Source of the DNA: Cenococcum geophilum
Lineage: Eukaryota
NCBI GenBank assembly: GCA_050273025.1
Contig: CP158636.1
Location: 5,642,001-5,706,000, forward strand
Direction: 5' to 3'
DNA length: 64,000 nt
Part shown: positions 12,985 through 24,560 of the stretch, in pieces
Layout of the letters: each line of letters opens with the position of its first letter
Numbering within the stretch: the stretch's first letter is position 1
The notes under the pieces: model-generated
What the model saw: the letters and a program-made list of their open reading frames with translations, nothing else
Told to the model about the DNA's origin: nothing
Databases searched by the model: none
Made by a program: the position numbers and the translations under genes

Positions 12985-13578
12985 CTAGAAGTAGGAGGTT
13001 TCCGCTTCGTTCTCTTCCTCTGTCTCTTCCCCATGGTCTTCCCCTCTTTCATCTTCCAGCTTATTGGATTTTGAATCCCCATTTTGCGTATTGTATTTTG
13101 CCGCTTTGTTATTGAACGGTGACTCGAGATTTTGTGCACTAGTGAGATAGCCGAACGATGAAGTGCCTGGACCAACCCATACCATCGGGCTCTTACCTGG
13201 CTCTCCGATGTAGTGAAAACCAGGTTTTGTTGCACGAAGGCGATACCTCCTCCGCCGTTTTGGGCAATCGCTGTCGCCGTCTGAGCTTGTTGAAACATAG
13301 CTTACGCCATCTTCAAGTTGCTGTCCAGAAAAATCTAGACAACTCGTTAGATCTTAGATGAAAATGTTTTTACGCCACCTGACGTCGAGCACCTCGATCT
13401 TCTCGTATCTGAAGCAAACTTCTGAGGGATAGCTTGAGTCGCGTAGAAAGATTCTGGGCTAGACAGAACATCAAAAACATGAAATAAACCAAGGTATTTA
13501 AATGAGTGAAGGGACTTTTGACTGACCTTTGAGTTCCGATACTACAGAGTTCTTTGTTCCTTCACTATGATTTTCCAT
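12985..13578 (-). CDS. Candidate spliced orphan gene (~155 aa; exons 13578-13527, 13458-13393, 13334-12985)
   Basis: Lies in a CpA/TpG-retaining island. ATG at 13578, intron GTCAGT..TAG (68 nt), intron GTGCTC..CTAAC..TAG (58 nt). Joined frame MENHSEG..PKRRRRYRLR..EETEEENEAETSYF*. The second donor is weak and no homology is recognised. Confidence 0.4.
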
Positions 13579-13959
13579 TACAAAAGCTACAGACGCAAAA
13601 GTCCTAGGGGCGATATCAAACTTTGTAAAGTGGATGAGATAAGGCAATAGATTGGTATAGGTGTAGTGAAGCGATGGTGAATTAGGTAACTGCATGAACA
13701 ATAGTTTAACTGAGTAACTTGTTAAACAACTTACCCCGCAGTTTAGCGCGCAGTACTTGCTGAATTGCTATTTAGCTGTCGCTGGCTATTACGTATGTTA
13801 CTTTTTCCGCGCCGAGTTCATTGCTCCGTCATTCGTATCAGATTTAGGGTATCAAGCGCTTTAGAGCACAAGGCAATGCACACCTCAGTGAGTCTTTGCC
13901 AGACTCTTTATAAACAACATAACGCGACCTCCTACCACCATCCCTACGAACTGATTGGG

Positions 13960-14129
13960 GCCCAATTTCAGGCCCTCTTCATACTACTCAGGGATGCAAT
14001 CAGGCACATTTAGGAGGAGCCCAGGCTTAAATCAGGCATACTCACGATGGCTCATATTAGCTTAGGGCGAGCTTAGGCATACTTAGCCACAGCTCAAGCT
14101 GCTTACTCATAGCTCACGTTGCACCCCTA
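13960..14129. mobile_element. Possible solitary hAT-like terminus with subterminal CTCA/CTTA repeats
   Basis: Reverse complement begins TAGGGGTGCAACGTGAG, which fits the hAT (T/C)A(A/G)NG start. Many short GCTCA/ACTCA motifs precede it. No partner TIR seen. Confidence 0.35.
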
Positions 14130-14195
14130 TATAACTTAAGGTCAAATCCAGAAAAAGCTCAAGGAGAGAGTAGATTTCACTCTATTATCTACCGC

Positions 14196-14570
14196 TATAT
14201 CGTTTAATATCCTACTACTAGGAAGGGACAAAGTAGTCCTAGGAATACTATTTCTACGGGAATATAACCTAAAGATTAACTAGGTTATAGGAGATATTGA
14301 GATATAGAATATATAAAAACATAAAGTACTATAATAAACGAAGATAATATAGTATTAAGTTAGAGCTACCTATAAGGAAGCCGAGGATAAAGTTAACTAT
14401 ATACTAAAGAGATATTATAAATATAAGAAGCTATAGAATAAATAATTTAGTAAAAGATTAGTAGAATATATACTATAGGATTATACAATTAATCTAAAAC
14501 CTAGAATATACCTAAGATTCTTTTTAATATATAAACTTACGGAAGTCGAAAACTAAGTACTAAAGGAGTT
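14196..14570 (+). pseudogene. Gypsy pol fragment (protease end to pre-RT), related to Gypsy-B
   Basis: Similar to 43385-43760 (FDILPLGRDEAVLGMPFL..NPKIDW..PKFFPMYKL). Confidence 0.75.
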
Positions 14571-15986
14571 TGTAATCAATCAAAGTATTTAGGTATTATT
14601 ACAATAAATAATCAAGGACTCGTTCAGCCTTAACATCATTACTTTAAGCAGCCTATTAATAAAAATAACTTTTTTTGCTGTCTATAATAGGGCTAATAAC
14701 TTAACTTTTATATTTGATATTATTACCATATTTTGCTTATTTACTCTCTAGGCAATTAGTCCCTTAAATAGCTTTATAATATATCCTTATAACCTTTTTC
14801 TATTGACAAAATTGTCTATAAATAATGTATCACTAGCATAAATAAATAATTGCGCTTTATTTTTACCATCTTTTCCATTATCTTGTCCTTTATCACATAT
14901 TTTTATATTTTTCCCTCTACCATTTATTCCTTCCTTATCTCCTTTATAATAGATTACTTTGCTCCTTATACTATACAAATATTAAATTATTTTGTTTATT
15001 GTTTAATAGTGCTTTTGGCTTAGATTTTAATTAAACTTTATTAGCTATAATATTATAAAAGCAATATCTAAACACATTATAGTAGTTGCATAAAGTATTA
15101 AACCCATTTTTTTTAATATAGCATTATAAAAGCTGATAAAAATATAAGATGGATTAATAGGTCTGTATTAGGGGACAAAAATATTAAATTGATTGATTGG
15201 TAATCAGTAGGGAGGAATTTAAATTTTATTATAGAAGTATTTAGAAAACGCCCTTTAAGATCTATCTTATACTAATTAATTATCTTTTTAATATATATTT
15301 TTTAGGACAGCCACAGGAGTCTTTAGCTATAATTATATAATATATAGATTTTTAGAAACCATTTTAGCTCACTAAGGGTACTTATTTAGTATTCCTTGCT
15401 TAGCTTCTTAATTATTTCTTAAATTTTTTAATAGTAGAAGATAATATCATCAATATAGAAAAAAACGATTATTTTACTTTTTAATATAATGTATAATTCC
15501 TATAGTACTTTTTTGAAATTTAATTCTATTAATAAGCTTATAAGATTTTTCTATTATAATAATAGTAATTATTATAGTCTATAAAGAGCTTTTCTTAAGC
15601 ATAGTACTTTGTCTTTTTTTCCTTTATTAAACCCTAGCAATAGCTTTATATAGACAACTTTGTCAAGATCGCAATGGACAAACATGTTAACTATATTTAT
15701 TTATGTTATCTTTAGGTCAAATTTTGCAATAATCGCCATCAAGGTCCAAAAGGTTATACTTATTAATATAATAGTTTTTATAGGTAGGTCTTTTAGGGCC
15801 TGTTAATTTCCATATATTATTAAATATACTTTGCATTTCTATAGGAATCTATACTTATCTATTTTATAAATAAACACCTATATTGAGCTAAAGATTTATT
15901 ATCCTTTTGTATATTTATTTTTTATTTTTTAAAATAACCTTATTTAATAATGGGATTAAAGGTGGGCTTGTTAAGCCTTTTAAAAC
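14571..15986 (-). pseudogene. Copia-B RT/RNase H relic, interrupted by Copia-A; continues ~22253-22510
   Basis: De-RIP minus strand WVFIYKTDKHGFLQKCKARLV..QMDAVNAFVHCDLDEVVYM..LRKALYGL, and ELLALSQTAKE..IHCDNTQTLRLIT at the left end. Confidence 0.8.
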
Positions 15987-16172
15987 TGTCGGGAATGAGG
16001 CAAGTTGCCGTCGCATAAAGCATATTGCCGTCACGTGTTGACGTAGCCCTAGCGTGGTAAGGAACCTTAAGTTCCTTACCCCTTTCCTTATTCCTATTAA
16101 TAAGAATTAACCAACATCACTATAACCCTACTTAAGTAGTCGTTATTAGTAAGTCACCCTATATTTTTAACA
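15987..16172 (+). repeat. Copia-A 5' LTR
   Basis: TGTCGGGAAT...TTTAACA; matches 22062-22247. Confidence 0.9.
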
Positions 16173-16380
16173 CTAATTAGTGGTTAAATATATAGTTAAC
16201 TATAGAGCAGCTAGGTTTTTAAATAGAAGAGACAGTCTTATATAGGGGTGCTATATGCGCTTATATGGAATGGATCCCGGCAATACTATGCTACCTTAAA
16301 CTTGCGAAAAACTAGTAATAGAAGTGTTACTAAGTACTAGGAGATACTAAGTTGCGTCTATTATATAGAATAACCACATT

Positions 16381-16555
16381 TACGAAGATTTGGTTAAGTA
16401 CTTTAGGTTAAAAGTATTACTAAACCTATAGTCCCAAAATTAATGTCTAAAATACGTTAAACAACTACGCATACGAAGATTTGGTTAAGTACTTTAGGTT
16501 AGAAGTATTACTAAACCTACGGTCCTAAAGTTAACGTCTAAAATGTGTTAACAAC
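16381..16555. repeat. ~91-bp tandem duplication in the Copia-A leader
   Basis: TACGAAGATTTGGTTAAGTACTTTAGGTT.. occurs at 16381 and 16472. The related element has a single copy (~56600-56685). Confidence 0.85.
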
Positions 16556-19500
16556 ATCTTAATTACCTACCTTTTAATAGTAAACCTACGAGATTCTATA
16601 AAGCTAAAAACCCTACCTACCTTTAACGTACGACACCCCGTTAATTCTATACCTACTATAGCGTTAACCTACCCAAAAAAGTATAAGAAAAGTATTAACC
16701 CAGAGATATAGGACACAGATATTAACCCTATAAATGCTAAGGAACAGGACCTAAACGGATTCTTAGTATACCGTATAGTATACTATATAGATAGCGAATA
16801 TAATAATACTAAGCTATGGTGTTATATAAAGGAGGACTTTATTAGATAAATAAAGGAAATATAGGCTCTTGCAAAAAAGGACGTTATATAAAACTTCTGT
16901 AACTTCCTTTAGGAGAATAGAGTATTTATCCCTATAGATAGGGGTGCTATTAGAGATAATATCTAGGAGTAAGTTATTAACGCAAAAGAAGAGCACGAAT
17001 AGACTCTATAAGAGGTTAAGCACTAACTACGCACTAAGAGGAAGCTTAACTTATAATAGAATCTAAACGATACGCTAATAGAGACGCGCTCTAATTCCAT
17101 TACTCTAGGCATAAGTTCTTACGTTCTATATCTATTACTTTTACCTCTATCTCTAGCTCCCTAGGATCCACTAATTTAACTAGCAATATTAACTACTACC
17201 CCTTAAGAGCAAGCGCAAGATCCCCTTACTTCGCGATTTAATAACCTTTAAACTCTACTATAGGAAGATTAGGTACCACGCTGTATTCTACTAAGCCCTA
17301 TATCTTCACTATAGCCTATAAAGCAATCCCCACCTTAATCTCTAATGCAATTTTAACGTGGTCTAATACTACTTAGAGGTACTTTAAAAATGCTTATAGA
17401 GCTTACGAAGCTCTATACGGACTAGGAAAAGAAGTTTAGTAGGGAACTATATAACATCCTTAATTTAAAGCTACGTATCTTCTATAACTATTACTAGAAG
17501 GTTAGACTAGAACCTAACTAATATTATAACGCTTATTCCGTTATGCTTAAGGGCCGCGCTAGTACCTTCTATTATAATTATTTGGTAGGAAAAGGATATA
17601 ATTTTAACTAAATAATATATAAGATAAGATGCTACTTTAAAATAGAAGAGAATAAGCAGCAATATATATTGGAGTAGAGAGAGACTACCTTTTTAAGAAT
17701 TATTGCTACGAACCTAGGTGTCTCTCGGCTTAATTATCTTTAAAAGCTCTTTAATTAACTTCAGATAATTTAGCGTAGTTTATTTAAATTATATTAAGAG
17801 GACCTTAGCCTATATAATTAAGTCATTAGTATATACTAAGGTATTAAAGAATGCAATTTTACTTTCTTTAACCCTATAAGTACTTACAAAGGAGTATATA
17901 CTTAATTAAGATCCTCTATTAGCACCGCTCTACGCTCTTAAGAAGTATAGTAATTTAATACCTAACTCTAACCTACCTTAATTAACCCGGCCGACTAATA
18001 TAATTATAACTAGACTAATTAAATATATAGTGGACGTAGTAGGGGATACGGTAAAGGGTATGATTAACGTTAACTATAAGGCAATTATAGAGGTTCTTAT
18101 AGAGGTTCACTTCGGAGCAATTGTTAGAAGAAGTGCTACGTTTATAAGAAGCTAAATTGCTAGTTAACTAGACACCCTCTTAATAGATAAAAGGAGGCAT
18201 ATAATAGGTTTCGCTAAAGCGTATAAAATGTTAGAAACCGAGAGGTTATTATAGCCTACTTTTAAAACTTCCTGGTTTAATATAAAGGCGAAGAAGATCT
18301 TAAGGGTGAGGTTAATGAGGCTGAACAGCTCCTTATAGATATAGAAATTAAGGACTACTTTCCTAACTAATACTTTACTAAGTATAGTAAGATAAATAGT
18401 ATATAAACCGTCGCTATCCTTAATAACTAATCTACGCTCTATTCTATTATAAAGTTAGATATCTTTAATAAGCTAAAGAAAAGTTCCGTGTTTTCCTTTA
18501 ATAACAGATACTTAGCGAACGTCTTCTATAGCATTATGCTAGATACTAAAGCCGTAGGAGTATCTATAGTAGGAGAGCCTTAAGTTCGAGCTCTTTAGTA
18601 GCTTAATAGCTCTATTTAAATTAACTAATTAATAGTAGGCTAATATACAATTCGCTTTAGCAAGGGTACTATAATCTCTCTTAGTATAATTAAGGTCCAA
18701 ACCCCGTTAGGATATATTACTTTTTATATTATCCCCACGAACACCCTATTCCTATTCTATATCTAAAATATAGATAAATTAGGTGTTAAGCTTAATAACC
18801 TTAAGAATATGCTTATCCAGGGAGATAATTAGGTGCCCGTTGTACGCAAGTAGGGTTACCCTTAGTTGCTCCTTTAATAGCTAGAAAGGAGTGTTACTTA
18901 AAGCTACCTAACTAAGTTAGAGTTACGTTAACTACACCGTCATTTTAGCCACCTATCTATTTACTAATTACTTAGGGTCCTTTAGTAAGTAGGTTATAAA
19001 GTTAAGGTTAAGGTAATTAAATATCTTATAAAGTACTGCTACTACTACTAAATAAACTAGAAGTCCCCTAGCCGATTTAAGTTTACTCTTAAAGATAACT
19101 ATAACTTTAACTTCTGTATTATTATAGATGTTATATATCTTAGCGGTAAGCCAGTACTCTAAGTTATTAACTTCTTAACCTCCTTTTAAGCCGCACGCTT
19201 TTTAAAAAATATATTAGCTAGGAACGTATAGGATACTCTTTAATTATACTAGATTAATATCTACCTAGGACCCCTTAATTAAATTGTTTATAATATAGGA
19301 AAGAACTTCTTATCTATAGAGTTTTAATAATAGGTAAAGGCAATAACAATTAAGGTTAAGGAAGTCCCCGTTAAGGCATATAATAGTATTAGAAAAGTAA
19401 AATAATATTATACGCCATTATACCGCGTATATAAGATTATTTCTTTAGAACTAGAGGGTACTAGTAAAGAGCTTATCCTATAGATGGCTGTTAAGGCTAT

Positions 19501-22061
19501 TAACGATACCGCTGGCCTAAATAGGCTCGTACCTACGTTGCTAGTCTTTAGCGCCTACCCTTAAATAACTAACAATTCTCTACTATCTCCCTTTATTGTG
19601 TAATAAGCTAAGGCTATTTATAAGGCAATAAAGGAGGTGCGACGTCTCTACGCTACGCACTAGGTTAACAATGTATTAGGAATAAGAAATAGCCTAAACA
19701 CCTTAATTACGCTTAATCTGCTACTCTAATCGGAGGTACGCGTATAGCGTAAAAAGGGAGGATAGTTAGGCCTATATAAACTTATTATAATTAATAGTTA
19801 AACTTATACTCTTTAGATACCCTATAGACCCACTTAATTTCACTTAATTATTATTAAGCCCTATTATAGAAATAATAGCTTTAAGCCTTTATAGGATACC
19901 CCAGAGGATACCCTAGAGGAGAATTACAATTAATATACTTTAGAAGGCGAAGGCGATTCTAATATAATTATAGTAGACGTACCGCAACTATAACGCGGTA
20001 GAGGTCGCCTAAAGGAATTATAAAATTGCTAATATCTTATCAATTTTAAAGAGTAATTTATTATCGCTATTAAGAATAGAGATAAACTATTAATGGCCTT
20101 TATAATAGCTAAAGAGAAGGCTGACTTTAAACTCGCAAAACAGCTTTAAAAGGAAGGCTATATTATAACTCTAGGAGTTCCTTTCTAAGCATCTAATAAG
20201 TAGGAGATCGACGGTCTTATTATAAAAGGAGTCTTTAAATTTAAGAAATATGACCCTACTAAGTTTAATGGAGTCCGTATATTTAAGTTAAGAATAGTTA
20301 ATAAGATTAAAGGTAAAGCTATTAATACCCCATTTAAGAAGTTAAGGCTAGTTATTTAAGGTTATAACGATAATAATAAGGAAGTAATCCTTATGTAATC
20401 CCCTATAATTTAATGAGCTAGTTAATGAGTTATTATTACGCTAGCTCCCTCCTTAATAAAGAATAGGATAGCGGTTTACCTATAAGATATTACTTAGGCC
20501 TATACCTAATTAGAGACGCGCCTTTAGCGCTTAATACTAGTATACCTTTTAGAGTAAATTCGCCACCAATATCCTAAGGATATAATTATGGTTATATTTA
20601 AGCCATTATATAGAATCGCAGAGGTAGGAACTTATTAGTAGGCTACCTACAGCAAGTACTATAAGGAGAAGCTTTTAATAACTACTTCCATATTTAATCC
20701 CTACTTCCTTATTATAACTACAAAAACTCTATTTAGAATTGTCGGCATATAAATAGATAATATAATTATCTTAGAAGACGACTAATTCTTAGCTCTTAAA
20801 GAAGATAAGCTAGTAAAGGTAAACCTTATAGTAAAGCTAAAGGAAAGACTTAACTTAGCAATACTATTACTTTTTAATGGATATATCCTCTCCCTAAATA
20901 AGGGCTCCATTGCTCTACGCTAGAAGGGTTAAGGTAAGAAAATTAATATTGTTAATGTTAATTCTCTAAAGTAAGGATATATGGAGCAATATGCTCGCGG
21001 AGCTTATATAGCTTCTATCTATTAACCTAAGGCTTCCTTTAATCTCTCTGTTACCGCTTAATACTAGGAACCAACTAAGGATAACGTTCTTACTCTAAAT
21101 AAGCGTCTTTTTTAGTAAATGAACTATCTTAATAGGGGACTACTCTACGTGCCTATTAACCTTCCTACCGCTAAGCTCTTTATATTTATTAATGGATTGT
21201 TTATAAATAATAAAGATTTTAGCTCCTAGCTAGAATATAAGATTATTATTACAAATAAATCTACTAGAGAGAATAACTTTATAATCTACGGCAACCTTAT
21301 CTATTAGAGCTTAACTAAAAGTAAGCGCGTTACTTAAAGCGTTTTAGCGTTAGAGATATATAGAATGGTTAGCGGAGTTAATATAGCAATTGCAATTAAA
21401 ACTACCCTTAAGATAATTATAGACCGGCTTAAACTTCTCGCTATCCCTATAATTATATGCACTGACTTATATTCCCTCTATAAGTGTTTAGTTAAGCTTA
21501 GTACTATAAAGGAGAAGCGTCTTATAATTAATATTATAGCACTTTAGCAGTCCTATAAGCGTTAAGAACTCTTTAAGATCTAATAAATTAATGGCTAAGA
21601 TAACCTAGTAGATATAATAACGAAGGTAAACCTAAATAAGGCACTAGAGACGTTTGTTAATATAAATACTCTACGTATATAAGTTAAAGGTTAGGTTAAG
21701 AGGGAAATTTAGAGAAGTTAAGATCTTATAGAACTTTAACCGCCGGTTAAAGTTATCTAATTAGTTAGATCTTTGCTAAGAGCGCTGCGCCTAATTAATT
21801 TAGGTAGTGGTATGGACTTCTACTAACTAATTAGGATTTTCTATGCCTGGTATAGAAAATCGCCATTAGCTTACTTACTACTAGCGTCTTAGCGGCCTAC
21901 CCGTCTTTGTGTTATTTACTAAATTCTACTAACTACCGCATTATCGTATATTGTCTGGTTTTGTTATATATTATCTGGTTTTATTATATATTATCTAGTA
22001 TTGTTATATACTATCTGTTTATATATATATATATAGCAACTATAAAAAGAAGAGTTGCCAG

Positions 22062-22247
22062 TATTGGGAATAAGGTAAGTTGCCGTTATATAAAGCATAT
22101 TGCCGTCACGTGTTAACGTGGCCCTAGCGTAGTAAGGAACCTTAAGTTCCTTACCCTTTTCCTTATTTCTATTAATAAGAATCAACTAATATCACTATAA
22201 CCCTACTCAAGTAGTCGTTATTGGTGAGTCACCCTGTGTTTCCAATA
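22062..22247 (+). repeat. Copia-A 3' LTR
   Basis: TATTGGGAAT...TCCAATA; matches the 5' LTR. Confidence 0.9.
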
Positions 22248-22529
22248 AAAACTAATCTTAAAAAAAGTGTATATTTAAGTCTTAGATTAACTAAGGTTGA
22301 GGAGGTAAGTTCTTCCTATATAATCTAACATTATATATTTTACCTAATTTTAGCTTACTATTATTAAGTTAACTATTAAAATTAAACTTCCTTTTTGCTA
22401 AAAAAGTACTATAATAAAACTAAAATGATCCTTTTAATAATAAAGTCTTTAAATTTATAATCACCAACTTTTTTAAATAAGTCTTTAACTAAGTTATTAC
22501 ACATTTTTTAAGTATTAAATCCATCTCCC

Positions 22530-23405
22530 ATTTATTAAATAATGTCTTAATTTACCGCTTTTATAACTCTAAGCGACCAAAGGCTAAGGGAGGAGAAGAA
22601 TGCTATACACAATAATTTAGGCTATAAAACTTTACTTTAAACCCTAGGCGGGTTCTATATAGACATTTATAAGCTAGGTATCTTAGATAAAAGTAATAGC
22701 CTTATCGCAGACTACTTAAGAAGAAGTATACGCCTTTAAAGAATACAATATTCTATAATAGGGCATTTAATAAAGCTTGCTAAAAACTGCAAGGCAAGAA
22801 TAAAATAAGGATTATTTAAGATATCGCTTAACTACTTATTCCCTCCATAGAAACCCTTACTATACTTAACAATAAATACTTTAATATTTTGGCCGAAAGT
22901 GTTAATAAGGGCTAGAATAATTCTATACCTATAATAAATCCTCAGCTATAACCAGATTATGCTACTAGCCTTAGGCAATCTACCTATTTAGATAACTATT
23001 TTAGCAAACTTTAACCTATATTGGGCAATCCTTTATACATATTATATTTTATAGCCACTTACTATATATACTTTTTATTTCTAACAAGCGAAGTAAAATA
23101 TAGCACTATAGGGCTTAATATTACAGATTAATAAAATATATATAGTATAAAACTTACAATAAAAGGCATTATTAAACTTTTTAAATTAGTAAAGAGGAAG
23201 AATAAACTCTATAGGGAAATTTTAACTTTTTTAATTTCTTATAATTACCAAATAGTATAACTATATAGCTATTACCCTATTATTAATAGAATCGAGTTTA
23301 TAACTTACTGTTATCTAATTTATATTTTTAATATCTTACTATTTAGCGGTAAGAAGAGATGGACAATATATAATTTTATAGTAGAAATAACTATTAGAGC
23401 ACTTC
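22530..23405 (+). pseudogene. DUF7924-like fungal protein pseudogene (putative PD-(D/E)xK fold), 3' end cut by an LTR
   Basis: De-RIP reading TPSDQRPREEK..NEARIIQDIARLLVPS.E..ESVNEGWNNSIP..PQPDYA..FMATYYMHFPFLTSEVKCG..GLDIADRQN.HS..FSISHDH..RLYGHYP. Family name recalled, not searched. Confidence 0.75.
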
Positions 23406-23824
23406 TGTAACGAAGCCTTATAAAAAATACTACGGTGGACTTATTAATGGGCTAGGTATATAGGTATAGAATAGTCAACAACGTAAACATAACTGGTAGA
23501 GTGGTTGCCCAATAGATTAACTCTAATTATATTCTGAGATTCACTATAAAGAGAAGAACTATCTAGGTAGGGACTATAGTCCTTTAAATACATAACCATA
23601 CTCCTAAGAAATCCTCCTTATATATAAAGTACGTCTTATATATAAGGTATATAAGTTCCTCTTGTTCCTCTTATTTAATATATAGCACGTTATATAACCT
23701 TAGTTACCATTTCTTATTATATAGTTTTATCGGCTCTATTTTAAACTATGCCTTAATTAACTAACTAGCTGCTTCCAACTCCTCTCCTAGTAGTTATAAT
23801 ATTATACTTAAGGCGTTCGTAACA
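23406..23824 (-). repeat. Gypsy-B 3' LTR
   Basis: TGTAACG...CGTAACA; the adjacent CTATCTCCCTCCCTTCC is the PPT complement. Confidence 0.88.
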
Positions 23825-23932
23825 CTATCTCCCTCCCTTCCATATTTATCCTTAAAGACTCTTAATATCTCTAAATTGTCTACTAGAGGTGTAATATCTA
23901 TCTAATTAATTTAGTTAATATTGTTGCTTATT

Positions 23933-24560
23933 ATACCTAAAGCTTCTTCTTCTTTATATGCCCAACGTTATGCCCGCACTATTACTGCTATATTATTACT
24001 TAGTAAAATTATACTATCTCCGTATTCTTATTATGCGAAAGAGGGGTTAGTCTATATTATATTAGCGAGTCCGTCCTTATAACAACCGTCCTCTTATTTA
24101 AAGTGTACTAAAGTAAATATTCGTTTATTTTATAACGTTTGCTTTACTTCTAATACTAAATATACGCGTTTTATTACTCTTAATAGTTGTCTAGTTCCCT
24201 AATTAATCTATCTTAAGGTCTTATATTTAATCTACTGCTGCTTATCTTAATATTAAGTTATCTTAAGCCCTTATTAAGTTAAAATGTTCTTATAATACGG
24301 AATAGAAGGCCCTAGATATTTATATCGCGGCGTTTACTTAATTACTCTATCTTAAGAAGGTTTGTAAGAAGGTTTATTCTAAGGAGTAGAAACTTATAAA
24401 ATAAGGTTTATAGAAACTTAGCAATAAAAAAACGGATTCTCTTTTAGCTAAGAAGGAAATAGATCTAAGTAGTTCGGCAACTACTCTTCTTAGGTCCCCC
24501 TTAGGTGACTTATTTTTTAGTAATCCTTCTTTATTAATACTGCCTAACCTAATCTCTTTT
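23933..24560 (+). pseudogene. Antisense Cys-rich ORF in the Gypsy-B 3' region
   Basis: De-RIP MPKAS..MPSPCSRCAKEGLVC..SSCSECTKANIRSSCDV. Second copy at ~46480-47072 (-). Confidence 0.55.

Larger units (their letters stand above)
15987..22247 (+). mobile_element. Copia-A LTR retrotransposon, full length (6.26 kb), RIPped
   Basis: 186-bp LTRs, TSD AAAAC (15982-15986 / 22248-22252). Domain order gag (CYVC..PDCWSTRH ~18135), protease (DTGA ~18542), integrase, RT (KPLYG, QTDD), RNase H ending ~21710. Confidence 0.92.

Noticed and set aside
12861..13361. Track ORFs 12861-13298, 12915-13115 and 13158-13361 as separate genes
   Set aside because: Overlapping alternative frames of one island with no recognisable motifs. 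The spliced model is preferred but unproven.
9152..14133. TATATAGGGTGCAA / TTGCACCCCTATATA as TIRs around the helicase and island
   Set aside because: Only ~14 bp and half low-complexity. The left copy lies inside a predicted helicase intron, and there is no clear TSD.
14571..14640. TGTAATCAATC as an LTR start or Restless-like TIR
   Set aside because: It translates on the minus strand as Copia RNase H (CDNTQTLRLIT) and has no partner repeat.
21745..21870. Hammerhead ribozyme in the shared module
   Set aside because: The de-RIP motif is CTGATTGG, not CTGANGA, and I could not build the three-stem core.
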